64,000 nucleotides of DNA from IMG/VR virus record IMGVR_UViG_3300036785_000305, positions 2,232 to 66,231 of that record. One strand, 5' to 3'. The position numbers were made by a program, and so were the translations under genes. This DNA comes from a virus (taxonomy: Duplodnaviria; Caudoviricetes). Below are positions 27,700-37,026 of the stretch, piece by piece. Within the stretch, counting starts at the first letter, position 1. Every line of letters starts with the position of its first letter. Below the pieces are notes generated by a model. That model saw nothing but the letters and a program-made list of their open reading frames with translations, did no database searches and was not told the DNA's origin.

Positions 27700-29946
27700 C
27701 TAATCAGGATCGAGCACCCATACGCGCTCAATCGTTATCGGGGTGCCGAAGCCGGCAATGCGATTCCCCAGGATTATTACAACGTCTCGGTTCGGGCGGA
27801 TTGTAGCGAGTCGTCTTTGTAGCTTAGGGAACTGGAAGCGGTTCACCCGCGCGTAGACTTCCTCATCGCTAGTATCGTAACAGTGAAGCGTAGCTCGCTT
27901 GATAAGATCGGGGCGCTTGATCTCTTTCAGGATTTCTTCGACTTCCTTGCCGGTACGGGATCTCTCGTCTTCGACGATGTCCTTATACTCTATCAGCTTG
28001 ACCATACCCATATAGATAACGCGCGGACCCCGGACCCATTTCTGTCCTGGCAGTCTCTGCTTTACTTTCATCCCGGTAAGGGTATCGCCGTCGTGCGTAG
28101 GGAATGGGGCCTGTCCTTTACCGGGTCCGCGCAGGAATCGCTTGACGGCATTAAGGCGTTTCTCTGTCTTGTACAGACCGAACGGGTCTTTTGCCAGAGT
28201 CCATTCTTCCATACGGGCGATTGTCTTGTCGCCTATGCCGGGGATCGCCTTCATCTCGACCCAGTCATCAAAGCCGTAGTCGCCGGCCATCTCATCAATA
28301 CGCAATGCGGTTTTCTCGCCTATCTTCGGGATCTGCTGCCATCCGGCGACTAGGCCGAGATCCTTAACGGGACGCCAGGTGGCGCGGGAATGCTCCAGGG
28401 ATGGCGGCTTTACATCGATCGAGTGAGCGAGGGCGTCACGCATAAGACGGAACTGCGAATCAGCTTTAGTTGCCTTCTGTAGCGATGCCGCGTAGAATTC
28501 GACCGGGTACCTGGCCTTCAGCCAGGCCGTCCAGAAGGCAAGCATCGAGTACGATATCGAGTGAGCAATGTTGAAGCTGTAGGTTCCGGAGGTTACTAGG
28601 CGCTTCCAGATCTTGTCGGCCAGTTCCGCGTCGATACCGTGGAGAGTCTTAGCTCCGTCGGCGAACTGCTGGTATGACATCTGGAATGCGGCTTCGCCCA
28701 TTTTCTTCGAGATAATTCGCCGGATCTGGCTTACCGAGAACCAGTCGAATCCGCCAATCTCCTTCAGGATTCGGAGGATCTGTTCCTGGTAGATGATCTG
28801 CCCGTACGTCTCCATGGTGACTTCATCAACGAGAGGATGAAGCCTCTCAGCGTGCTTTCTTCCGTGCCGTACGTCCACGTACGCGGCCGTCTGGCCGGAA
28901 AATAGCGGTCCAGGACGCGATAGCGCATTGATGTCCGCGATATGCATGAAGTGATCTGGACGTACGTCTCGGTTGACGAGGCGTGTAGCTCGACCTTCAA
29001 ACTGAAAAACTCCGACAACGTCGCCGGTACGAAATACCTCGATCGTTCGACTGTCAGTGTCGGGAATCGCATAAAGATCCTCCAGGGTTAGGCCGGCCAT
29101 CCGGAGACACCGGGCGATCATTCCCATTGTCGTTAGGCCAAGGAAGTCTAGCTTCAGGATTCCGGCATACTCGGCGTCGTACTTGTCGATAGACATGACC
29201 TTGACGCCGTCCTTCTCATATACGGCGCATACGTCGGTAAGCGGGGAGTTAGCTACCATCAGGCCAGCGGCGTGTACAGACATGCCACGGACATCCCCTT
29301 CAAGGCGGCAGGCCTTAGCGATGTCCGGGTACTCTTCCCTGATCTTAGCGGCCTCAGGGAAAAGGTCGAATGTATCCTCCAGAGTGGAGCCGAACCGGGA
29401 GTCACCGCCTGATCGCTCTATCAGGAGATTGGCCACACCTTCCCGCGCCCAGATAGGAATATTGTAAACGTTCGTAACGTCCGCTAGGGAATTCTTGCCG
29501 CGGTATCTTACAAAGTTTCCGATGTGGCCGACCATGTCCGCGCCGTACTTGCCTTCGAGGTATTCCCAGACGCGCCAGCGTTCCTCGTCTGAACAGTCTA
29601 CGTCGATGTCCGGCGGGTCGGGCCGGGTAAGGTCGATAAAGCGTTCAAAGAGCATACCGGGATATTTATGCGGCGGAATCTCGGTGATCCGGAGTAGGTA
29701 GGCAACGGCCGACGCTGCGGTGGATCCACGGCCTGGGCCGAACGGAATGCCGTGATCCTTGCCCCACCGGATAGTGTTGCTTGTAAAGAGCAGGAAGTCC
29801 GCAAGTCCGCGTTCAAGCAGAATGCTCATTTCATACTTGACGCGATCGGCGTACCATTCCTGGTCTTGGCGCGGGAGTGAGCCTATATTCCGATAGCGCC
29901 AGCCATACCGGCACCATGCCCAGAGAAGTTCCTCACTCTCAGACAT
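27700..29946 (-). CDS. dnaE: DNA polymerase III alpha (DnaE-like), catalytic C-terminal part
   Basis: 'GPGRGS', 'FERF', 'PDIDVD', 'HAAG', 'KLDFLGL', 'IYQEQ', 'YSFNIAHS'. Confidence 0.93.
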   Translation of the reverse strand: MSESEELLWAWCRYGWRYRNIGSLPRQDQEWYADRVKYEMSILLERGLADFLLFTSNTIRWGKDHGIPFGPGRGSTAASAVAYLLRITEIPPHKYPGMLFERFIDLTRPDPPDIDVDCSDEERWRVWEYLEGKYGADMVGHIGNFVRYRGKNSLADVTNVYNIPIWAREGVANLLIERSGGDSRFGSTLEDTFDLFPEAAKIREEYPDIAKACRLEGDVRGMSVHAAGLMVANSPLTDVCAVYEKDGVKVMSIDKYDAEYAGILKLDFLGLTTMGMIARCLRMAGLTLEDLYAIPDTDSRTIEVFRTGDVVGVFQFEGRATRLVNRDVRPDHFMHIADINALSRPGPLFSGQTAAYVDVRHGRKHAERLHPLVDEVTMETYGQIIYQEQILRILKEIGGFDWFSVSQIRRIISKKMGEAAFQMSYQQFADGAKTLHGIDAELADKIWKRLVTSGTYSFNIAHSISYSMLAFWTAWLKARYPVEFYAASLQKATKADSQFRLMRDALAHSIDVKPPSLEHSRATWRPVKDLGLVAGWQQIPKIGEKTALRIDEMAGDYGFDDWVEMKAIPGIGDKTIARMEEWTLAKDPFGLYKTEKRLNAVKRFLRGPGKGQAPFPTHDGDTLTGMKVKQRLPGQKWVRGPRVIYMGMVKLIEYKDIVEDERSRTGKEVEEILKEIKRPDLIKRATLHCYDTSDEEVYARVNRFQFPKLQRRLATIRPNRDVVIILGNRIAGFGTPITIERVWVLDPD

Positions 29947-29948
29947 TC

Positions 29949-30527
29949 CTACCTCTTGATGAGCTGTGTGAGAAGCATGAGATTCCGCTCAGCGATGCCG
30001 GCGATGATGTTCAGGCCGATCTCCATCTTCCAGTCGCTGAGGTTGCTCTTGTCGTAGTAGGGGTTGCCGAGTACACGGCTCAGCGTGTCTTCGGTCCAGA
30101 AGGTCTTGTGGTCGAGGTCGTTGTGCGCTAGCTCTGTTCTCCAGTAGGGGACGATGATGTTGAGGTGGCCGTCGGGGATGAGCACTCTCTGGCACTCGCG
30201 GAGTAGGGCGATGGGATCTTTGACGTGTTCAAGGATGTGGATCATGTAGATGTTCGATACTGACTCGTCGTCGTATGGGATCGCCTCCTCATCCGCGTCC
30301 CAGTCGGGCAGGTCAAGGACCGTGGTGTTCTCGATGAACTTCTTGCCGGCTCCGATGTTCAGGGTAAGGCCTGGAACGTCGGGCTCCCAGTCGGGGATCT
30401 CGGGGCGGAAAGCCCCAAGACGTAGGAACTGGAGCACGTTCTCTGTACGGGGCCATACCATGTCCGGGGGTGTCTGCATTACTGTCCTTCTTTCCCTTGT
30501 AGTTTTGTTGATGGCCATGTGTGACAT
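29949..30527 (-). CDS. SAM-dependent methyltransferase (type 11-like)
   Basis: 'LNIGAG', 'HILEHV', 'ECQRVLIPDG...VP'. Confidence 0.75.
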   Translation of the reverse strand: MSHMAINKTTRERRTVMQTPPDMVWPRTENVLQFLRLGAFRPEIPDWEPDVPGLTLNIGAGKKFIENTTVLDLPDWDADEEAIPYDDESVSNIYMIHILEHVKDPIALLRECQRVLIPDGHLNIIVPYWRTELAHNDLDHKTFWTEDTLSRVLGNPYYDKSNLSDWKMEIGLNIIAGIAERNLMLLTQLIKR

Positions 30528-30685
30528 TCGTCAATGATTACATAGGAATGAAACGGTTCCTGCTCGGGGAACTCAAGAACGCAGCAGGTGTTTTCCCGGC
30601 ACTCGTCGCAGAGCATATCCTCCTGCGTAGCCGTGCGTACGCACGGTATCCAGAACGCCGTACACTTACACTTTGCTAGGTCCAA
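30479..30685 (-). CDS. small Cys-rich hypothetical protein
   Basis: Fills the gap between PHP gene and methyltransferase; 7-8 Cys. Confidence 0.45.
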   Translation of the reverse strand: MDLAKCKCTAFWIPCVRTATQEDMLCDECRENTCCVLEFPEQEPFHSYVIIDECHTWPSTKLQGKEGQ

Positions 30686-31605
30686 GGTTTCCAGTCACCT
30701 TTCTCGATCGGGTATACGAGTCTACTGGCTTTGGGAAGTGTTACCGTACACTGGCTAGCTATCCACTCGGTGTTAAGGATAGCTTCCCAGGCAGCGGCGC
30801 GGGATAGGCCGGTCTTCATTAGGCGTTCGCCCAGAGCCTTATCCGACTCGGGGAGTGTCATGGGAACGTCGTAGTTCCAGGATCGCATCGCATCATCGAT
30901 CGATTGATTGCCTCGATGTACTGCGTGTAGGATGGCCTGCATCTCTCCATCCTCTGGACGTGGGTAATGGACGTCGCATGTTGCGACAAGAGGGACTCCA
31001 CATTCTCTAGAAAGACGTTCGTAGGCAGGATTGATGCGGCAGGTTTTCTCAAGTTCGTAGAAGGGCTGGACCTCAAGAAAGTAGCGCTCTCCAAATAGTC
31101 GGGCAAAACGGCTGATGATGCGTCGCGCGTCATCCCATCCATAGCCGTCGCGGGAAGTGGGTACAGGTATTCCCTTCCCTCCCACAAGAGCACAGGCAAG
31201 CATCGATCCAGTGCATCCAGAAAGCGCGTACAGATCTCCAGAATTGCGTTGGAGATTGTCTCCAGAAACTGTTGGATGATAGTGATGATCTCGCCAACTC
31301 TGCGTGACAAGTCTGTTGAGATTCCGATATCCATCATTACTCCCTGCGAGGATAGTCAGGTGGTACTTCCATTGGCTCCGGGTCTCATCGACCGGGCCGG
31401 TGTAGGCTTCAAGCCCAAAGACCGGCTTCACGCCTGCGGCCAAGGCTGCCTTCTCGAATTGGAAATGGCTCGATACGCCGCCATGTTCGGTCAGAGCCAT
31501 AGCGGTATAGCCTAGCTCGGCGGCACGGGCTACGTGTGCTGCGGGAGGTCTGTGTCCATCGCCGTGACTAAACGTCGAGTGGTGGTGAAGGCTAACATAC
31601 CTCAT
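30676..31605 (-). CDS. DnaE N-terminal PHP domain (split polymerase)
   Basis: 'SLHHHSTFSHGDG', 'ALTEHG', 'GLEAY', 'HLTILA', 'ATCDVHY'. Confidence 0.9.
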   Translation of the reverse strand: MRYVSLHHHSTFSHGDGHRPPAAHVARAAELGYTAMALTEHGGVSSHFQFEKAALAAGVKPVFGLEAYTGPVDETRSQWKYHLTILAGSNDGYRNLNRLVTQSWRDHHYHPTVSGDNLQRNSGDLYALSGCTGSMLACALVGGKGIPVPTSRDGYGWDDARRIISRFARLFGERYFLEVQPFYELEKTCRINPAYERLSRECGVPLVATCDVHYPRPEDGEMQAILHAVHRGNQSIDDAMRSWNYDVPMTLPESDKALGERLMKTGLSRAAAWEAILNTEWIASQCTVTLPKASRLVYPIEKGDWKPWT

Positions 31606-31611
31606 AGCTCT

Positions 31612-31617
31612 ATTATA
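31612..31617 (-). promoter_or_regulatory. -10 box for a probable leaderless transcript of the PHP gene
   Basis: GGTATAAT-AGAGCT-ATG: TATAAT 6 nt before ATG and no RBS. Confidence 0.45.
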
Positions 31618-31828
31618 CCCCGAATCCGCCCGGTTCGGTAGTCCCTATTTCGACCATAAAATCTTCGAGTCTTACCTTGTGTTCACATCCCTCTCCATCG
31701 TACCCCATGCACTCGTAGCAGTCGGCCGGAAAGTTGAGCTTCATTGGCCCTTTGTGTATGGGGCAGTTCGGAGGATCTTTGGGGAGAATGTATATCGGAC
31801 TGCCTCCGGGTATATCCATCCAGATCAC
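31613..31828 (-). CDS. hypothetical protein (Cys motifs)
   Basis: Overlap-coupled in operon. Confidence 0.5.
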   Translation of the reverse strand: MIWMDIPGGSPIYILPKDPPNCPIHKGPMKLNFPADCYECMGYDGEGCEHKVRLEDFMVEIGTTEPGGFGV

Positions 31829-32028
31829 CTCTTGTTCACCCTCCGTACCGATACCTTGCCGAGTCGCTCCAGCATTATGCTTAGGGCTACATCTAGATGA
31901 TATCTACAGGTAGCATAGCCGTTGAGAAATACTTCTCTGTCTTCTGGCATCGGCTGGATTAGGTAGTCGGCCGGTACGTCCGTCTTGTTGTCGTGCCACG
32001 CCGGATCGCAGAAGTGTAGGGTTGTCAT
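31825..32028 (-). CDS. hypothetical protein
   Basis: ATGA/GTGA overlaps. Confidence 0.5.
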   Translation of the reverse strand: MTTLHFCDPAWHDNKTDVPADYLIQPMPEDREVFLNGYATCRYHLDVALSIMLERLGKVSVRRVNKR

Positions 32029-32570
32029 TCTTTTTCATCACTTTCCATAGTAGGGCGGTGTTTTGCGATATCCATTACGATAGCCCGCGCCAGTTCGTCA
32101 CTTACCCCTACGCTGTTGGTAAGGATGTTATAGTAGATATTGTCGAGCCGTGCGATGAAGATAATGTCTAGTATCGCACGGGCGTGATCCAGAGCATCTT
32201 CGAAATCCCACTGCCCTATTTCCTTGTCTTTGTACTGAATGATAAAGAATGCCTTCTTTGTTCGCTGCGATATACCGGGGACTAGGACTACTGGAGTGCC
32301 GGTTACCGGGATGCTGCGCTTTGGCCTGAATTCCGTAGCGATGAATTCGGCAGCTCCTGTCTCCGTCATCATAGTTGCTCTGAGCTGAGAGAATATTGCT
32401 GCTTCATATTCGGCTATATTGGCCGTCTCGATGATCGCAGTTGCGTAGAGGAATGCCTGGTCGTCATTCAGGGTGAATATATCATCATCGCTAAAGGACA
32501 CCGTGACCATATATACGCCGTCGGCCTGTATGTCGCTCTGCGCCCATATCTTGTATTCCTTTTCCGGCAT
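32025..32570 (-). CDS. hypothetical protein
   Basis: ATG at 32570 (TAATG); 181 aa. Confidence 0.55.
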   Translation of the reverse strand: MPEKEYKIWAQSDIQADGVYMVTVSFSDDDIFTLNDDQAFLYATAIIETANIAEYEAAIFSQLRATMMTETGAAEFIATEFRPKRSIPVTGTPVVLVPGISQRTKKAFFIIQYKDKEIGQWDFEDALDHARAILDIIFIARLDNIYYNILTNSVGVSDELARAIVMDIAKHRPTMESDEKE

Positions 32571-32675
32571 TAGTTTCCCTTCCTGGTTTCCCACATTATG
32601 ATCGCGATGATAAGCACAACGATTACGATACACGCTATCGAGAGCGGGCTAACGTACAGGTTTACGTAACCATGA

Positions 32676-33002
32676 TTATGCGTGTGGATAGAAAGGACGG
32701 TCATCACCGAACCACATCTGCTCGTCGGCCTCGTGTAGAAGGTAGGAATGGATAAGGTTCCGGATCTGCTCTTGTGGATCTGGATATGAGGGATGAATCG
32801 GTAGTGTGACGATGAGCGGCTTGACTTCATCGCAGTCTGGGTCGTCATTATCCGCGACCCATACTTCTAGGCGCAGTTGCTGGTTCTCCCGGTCTACGGT
32901 GATCTCGCCACGGTTGTTGCTCCGGTCGCCGTAGTTCGCCCACTGGAATGTCTCCAGCTCCCGGTCTAGGAGGTCCATCATCCAGTCGATCTGTCTTACC
33001 AT
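32676..33002 (-). CDS. hypothetical protein
   Basis: Coupled to upstream stop; 'HEADEQMWF...PFYPH'. Confidence 0.55.
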   Translation of the reverse strand: MVRQIDWMMDLLDRELETFQWANYGDRSNNRGEITVDRENQQLRLEVWVADNDDPDCDEVKPLIVTLPIHPSYPDPQEQIRNLIHSYLLHEADEQMWFGDDRPFYPHA

Positions 33003-33343
33003 TATCCTGGCTCCCCGAGTTCTCCCCACTTAGAACCTTCATTTCTTAGGCGCCAGTAGAAGCCGGAGAAGTTGATAAGGTCTATAGCAGAGTCGCCGTC
33101 GAAGCGGTTGTTCCGCCAGGAATGGAACTTGAGGCGACCGGACTTATTCAGGATGTCATGGACGAGTCCCTTCCATCCTTTAGATGCCCAGGTGCTGCCT
33201 TCCGGATCGTATCCGCGATCGCACATAATCATTAGTGCGGTAGCGAAGGGGCCTGCGAGCTGGCTGATGGCATCGGGCGTAGGTGTGACGTCTAGCTTAA
33301 CTATGAACTCGTAAGCTGCGGCGCGGATATCTTCATCGTTCAC
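33002..33343 (-). CDS. nucleotide modification-associated (DUF1599/Nmad1-like) all-alpha protein
   Basis: 'RGYD...TW...G...ILNKSGRLK...DSAIDLINFS' resembles the K..Rl / D..Dl.NY pattern. Confidence 0.5.
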   Translation of the reverse strand: MNDEDIRAAAYEFIVKLDVTPTPDAISQLAGPFATALMIMCDRGYDPEGSTWASKGWKGLVHDILNKSGRLKFHSWRNNRFDGDSAIDLINFSGFYWRLRNEGSKWGELGEPG

Positions 33344-33635
33344 GATCTAGTTCCCTAGTTGCCAGGATCTCTTCGAGCTTCCAGTGCCCGCTCAGGTTCG
33401 TCGTCTGTATGTCGCCGCAATCGAAGCAGCGGATAAGAAGGATAGTCATTCGCGATGGCGGCTGGCGCGGGTGCTCGAAGCCGATCTGCTCGTGATGGAA
33501 TGCGAGGATCTTCCAGTCGTGATCGTGAGCGCTTTCGACCACTCGCTGAAATGCCTCGAATAGTGCCTGGGCTAGGATACTAGGAGGTGGCGGCGGCTCC
33601 TGCATAGGAACCTCGGGAAGTGTTGGTTCAGACAT
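33333..33635 (-). CDS. hypothetical protein
   Basis: GGAGG RBS; HxHxW and CxxC. Confidence 0.5.
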   Translation of the reverse strand: MSEPTLPEVPMQEPPPPPSILAQALFEAFQRVVESAHDHDWKILAFHHEQIGFEHPRQPPSRMTILLIRCFDCGDIQTTNLSGHWKLEEILATRELDRER

Positions 33636-33648
33636 AATGCCTCCTAGT

Positions 33649-34344
33649 TTATCTTCCGCCGTTTACTTCGATTATAGCGCCGGTAAGGTACTCGGGACCT
33701 ATCAGTACGGATACGGCTACCTCGGCAATCTCTCCGGGCGCGGCGCGGCGACCCATAGGTATCTGGGACTTCTCATATTCCTGGGCGCGGTCGGAGGTCC
33801 AGCCCCGGAAGATCGGGATGTTGTCGTCGAGGTACCTAGTCATATTGGTATCATCGGTAATGCCTGGTGCTATCGCATTTACGCGCCAGCGTGGCGCTAG
33901 CTCCCGCGCCATAACCCTTACTGACATGTCGAGCGCGGCCTTGCTAGAGCAGTAGGCGATCGAGCCGCGCATTGGCCGGCGGGCGGCATCGCTACTGATT
34001 GCTACGATACTTCCACCTGCCTCGGGGAAGACGTGCTCGTGTGCGCCCACGATCCGGACGAATCCATGGCAGTTGACGTCCCAGACGTTCTCGAACGTGT
34101 TGTCCCACTGCATACCTATCTGGGTGATCCAGGCTAGCTCGTTTATGCCGGCGCTATAGATAATGTAGTCGAACGGACCTTCCTGCCGGACGCACTCGTA
34201 GCACTCGGCTGAGGAGCGTACATCGAGAACGTCCGTACCGGGCATCAGCCATTCCTCACATTTCGTCGCGTCGGCGTGCGTCTGTATGTACTCAGCTATC
34301 GCTTCGCCTATGCCGGAGCTGGCGCCGATTATCAGGCCCTTCAC
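33649..34344 (-). CDS. short-chain dehydrogenase/reductase (FabG-like)
   Basis: 'GASSGIG', 'SAG', catalytic 'YCSSK', 'VNAIAPG'. Confidence 0.9.
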   Translation of the reverse strand: MKGLIIGASSGIGEAIAEYIQTHADATKCEEWLMPGTDVLDVRSSAECYECVRQEGPFDYIIYSAGINELAWITQIGMQWDNTFENVWDVNCHGFVRIVGAHEHVFPEAGGSIVAISSDAARRPMRGSIAYCSSKAALDMSVRVMARELAPRWRVNAIAPGITDDTNMTRYLDDNIPIFRGWTSDRAQEYEKSQIPMGRRAAPGEIAEVAVSVLIGPEYLTGAIIEVNGGR

Positions 34345-35243
34345 TTCGGCTTCCTTGCGGATACGGCGCTGAGGGGTTCGCGCGGGTTGATGTCGGTCCA
34401 GGTGTCCGGGTGATCGCCTGCCTGCGCGTGGGCGTCAACGCGGTCGCGGATAACGCACCAGCGGTCGGCCGGGCCGTGGAAGCCGCAGGAGCCTTTCTGG
34501 TAGCAGACCGGCTTGAACAGCTTGACGATCTCCTTCTGCTGCCACCTCTCGTCGGTCGAGCCGTAATTGAGGATAGCGAGGATCATCTGGTTCCAGACAA
34601 CTTTCCACTCGTGTTGAGCCTGGGAGCAGAGCCGGTTCCCGGCCTGCCGGGTAAGGTTGAGGAGGTCCGTGTGGTAGTGGACTCGCGTCGTGATATTCGT
34701 CGGCAGGAGTCCGCGCGCATCTTCGGCGGGCATACCGTTGGCGACTAGCCGGTTGTATGCCTGCGCCGCGTAGGAGGTCGCCGCGTCCCAGGTTAGGCGC
34801 CAGGGATGGTCATCCTTCAGACCTTCCAGGCTAGGCGGGTCGGCCACTTCCCAGGCGGCGTTCTCCTTCACGGCGAACCGCATTGACTCCTGAACGAACG
34901 TCGCGGTACGCTGCCGGACTAGCTGGTGAGTGAAGGCCCGCGTCACACCTTCAAAGTAGAAGTGAAGGCTGACGAATTCGAGGGGCGCGGTGATGGCGCT
35001 GTCCTTGAAGCCGTTAAGCCACTTCATACACTGATCATGGGTTACGGTACCCGGATCGCGGTAGACACCTCCCTGGTACGTCTCGGCGGCAGCGGCCATA
35101 ACGCGGAGGGGATTCCGCGTCATCGAGACCAGGGACACCCGCGGTGTTACCTTGTCGCCTGGTTCTACGAGTGGAGGGGCTGAGTACATTGCTACGTCGG
35201 CCCAGCGAGCGGGGAGCCTGCTCTTGTCGTCGTCATTCGCCAT
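34341..35243 (-). CDS. thyX: ThyX-like flavin-dependent thymidylate synthase (RQR variant)
   Basis: 'PLEF', 'HQLVRQR-X7-SMR', 'EDARGLLP', 'RLCSQAQHEW'. Confidence 0.85.
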   Translation of the reverse strand: MANDDDKSRLPARWADVAMYSAPPLVEPGDKVTPRVSLVSMTRNPLRVMAAAAETYQGGVYRDPGTVTHDQCMKWLNGFKDSAITAPLEFVSLHFYFEGVTRAFTHQLVRQRTATFVQESMRFAVKENAAWEVADPPSLEGLKDDHPWRLTWDAATSYAAQAYNRLVANGMPAEDARGLLPTNITTRVHYHTDLLNLTRQAGNRLCSQAQHEWKVVWNQMILAILNYGSTDERWQQKEIVKLFKPVCYQKGSCGFHGPADRWCVIRDRVDAHAQAGDHPDTWTDINPREPLSAVSARKPK

Positions 35244-35541
35244 TTCGGCGGTCCCTCTCTATTCGTTGCATGTCTTCCCATGTTGCTTCTCTTGCACGTG
35301 CGTTCTCGTAGGCGACTGGAGTTTCGGCTACTGGTTCCTCGCTATTGCTATGGTTGAGAATGAATGCCTGTGGCATCAGCCTCTTGAGAAGATCTTCACA
35401 GTCCGTACAGATTTCGATTGGCTTGAAGTAATCCTCGCCTACGGTCTTGCCTTCCTTCGTGTGATGTTCGACCTGAATGTGTAGGTGGACGGTCGTGTTG
35501 ACGCATTGCTTGCCGTCTACATCGCAAAAGGTTTTCTTCAT
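35233..35541 (-). CDS. hypothetical protein (Cys pairs)
   Basis: TGATG coupling with HAD gene. Confidence 0.5.
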   Translation of the reverse strand: MKKTFCDVDGKQCVNTTVHLHIQVEHHTKEGKTVGEDYFKPIEICTDCEDLLKRLMPQAFILNHSNSEEPVAETPVAYENARAREATWEDMQRIERDRRNGE

Positions 35542-36263
35542 CAGTGATTCGCCTGCCATTCTGTTATGTCCTTGCGGAGGCGTAGCCACAGGACGCCCAG
35601 GGTATCTACGCGCTCGCCTACGGCCACGTAGTCCTGGTTGTACGGCTGGCTACGTAGGTAGATCCTCTTGATGCCGTTATTGAAGGCATCCTCTACCTGT
35701 TCCGGTAGGTCGTCGACTGCCGCGACAATTCTGTCGGTACCTACCTGCCGTACCAGGTCGGCATATTTAGTGGTGTGTTCACCGCCAAATGGGACTCCTT
35801 CAAAAATGACGGCGTCGTAGTCGATATGGTTACGGCCTAGCCACTCCCGCGTATCGGGGTCGATATTGTCTAGGCGCATATACGGGCGCGTAGTACAGAT
35901 CCAGACTTCCGCGCCGGTATTCCTGATGTTTCGGGTTAGCTCGCTCGCGCCCGGATAGACCGGCATGAATCTCTTCAGACCACCCTGCCGGTAGGCGAGC
36001 TTACACTCCCGGTACACGTGGTGCGGGACGTTCATGAACTCGTGGAGTCTTCTCCCGGGGTTGATGTCGTACTCGGACGGCATAGGCGTACCGAGCCATC
36101 GTTCCGCGAACCAGAGGAAGTGGGCATGGTAGTTACCCAAGGTGCCGTCGATGTCGAGCGCCACGACCGGCTTGCCGTCGCCGCTGCGGAACTCTCGTTT
36201 ACGCAATTGCCTTATTCCTCTCATGATAGGTTGTGACCTAGAAGGATTGCTAATGCTAACCAT
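35541..36263 (-). CDS. HAD-family phosphatase (5'-deoxynucleotidase-like)
   Basis: 'ALDIDGTL', 'TTR', 'VDD', 'PYN'. Confidence 0.8.
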   Translation of the reverse strand: MVSISNPSRSQPIMRGIRQLRKREFRSGDGKPVVALDIDGTLGNYHAHFLWFAERWLGTPMPSEYDINPGRRLHEFMNVPHHVYRECKLAYRQGGLKRFMPVYPGASELTRNIRNTGAEVWICTTRPYMRLDNIDPDTREWLGRNHIDYDAVIFEGVPFGGEHTTKYADLVRQVGTDRIVAAVDDLPEQVEDAFNNGIKRIYLRSQPYNQDYVAVGERVDTLGVLWLRLRKDITEWQANH

Positions 36264-37026
36264 TCAGGATCTCCGCGACTTCCGGGTAAGTCTGGTGGAC
36301 CAAGTAGGACTTCTGCCATTTGCCGTACCGGCCGATCCTGAAGAACTCCGGATAGCAGTCACAGTCGGTCGTCAATGGCTTGGTTACGGTGACGGTCATA
36401 TCGCCGTTCGTCGGGCGGTGCGCCCATTCAGTTGTCCGGTAGCCGAACACACAGGCGTTCCGGTACCAGGCGTTGGCACGGGTACCATCACATACGATCG
36501 TATCGACGGCTTCAGTGCCGGGCTTGGTACTACCGTTCGCGTAGATCGTGTGGTGGACGAACTTATGCTCGGGGTTGTAGCATAGGTCGGTCGCGGGTAT
36601 AGTCGAGATGATGACGTCAGGTTTGAAGTAGTAGATCTGATCGGAAATGATGCCATGGGCTATAGGAGGAATCCTGGCGAATTCGATGTTTGGATTTGCG
36701 TGGAGATTCAGCCACATATCGGCATAGGTGGCGCGGATGTCCCAGGCTTCGTGCTCACCTACAAAGTCTTCCGGGGAGACCTTGCCTTTCCACTTCTTGC
36801 CGTACACCTTCAGCCGGTACTCTTCGGCCGTGCCGACAAGATGGTATCCTACTCGGGTATTGGCAACGTACTCGAAGCCGGGGATGGGAGCGTGAAGGTA
36901 CTGACAACCATACTGGGTACTCGGAATTGCCCGGTTGCTTGCGACTAGGACTTTGTGTCCGGAGTTGACGGCAGCCAGAGCCGCCGCCAATCCGGACGGC
37001 CCGCAGCCAAGGACGGCTACGCTCAT
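36256..37026 (-). CDS. FAD/NAD-binding oxidoreductase (Glf/UGM-like termini)
   Basis: Rossmann 'VLGCGPSGLAAA', 'YGCQYLH', C-terminal 'IGRYGKW'. Confidence 0.7.
   Translation of the reverse strand: MSVAVLGCGPSGLAAALAAVNSGHKVLVASNRAIPSTQYGCQYLHAPIPGFEYVANTRVGYHLVGTAEEYRLKVYGKKWKGKVSPEDFVGEHEAWDIRATYADMWLNLHANPNIEFARIPPIAHGIISDQIYYFKPDVIISTIPATDLCYNPEHKFVHHTIYANGSTKPGTEAVDTIVCDGTRANAWYRNACVFGYRTTEWAHRPTNGDMTVTVTKPLTTDCDCYPEFFRIGRYGKWQKSYLVHQTYPEVAEILNG

Noticed and set aside
29946-30676. Split intein or group I intron in dnaE
   Set aside because: No intein terminal motifs; the gap is fully occupied by two ORFs and no homing endonuclease motif was recognised.
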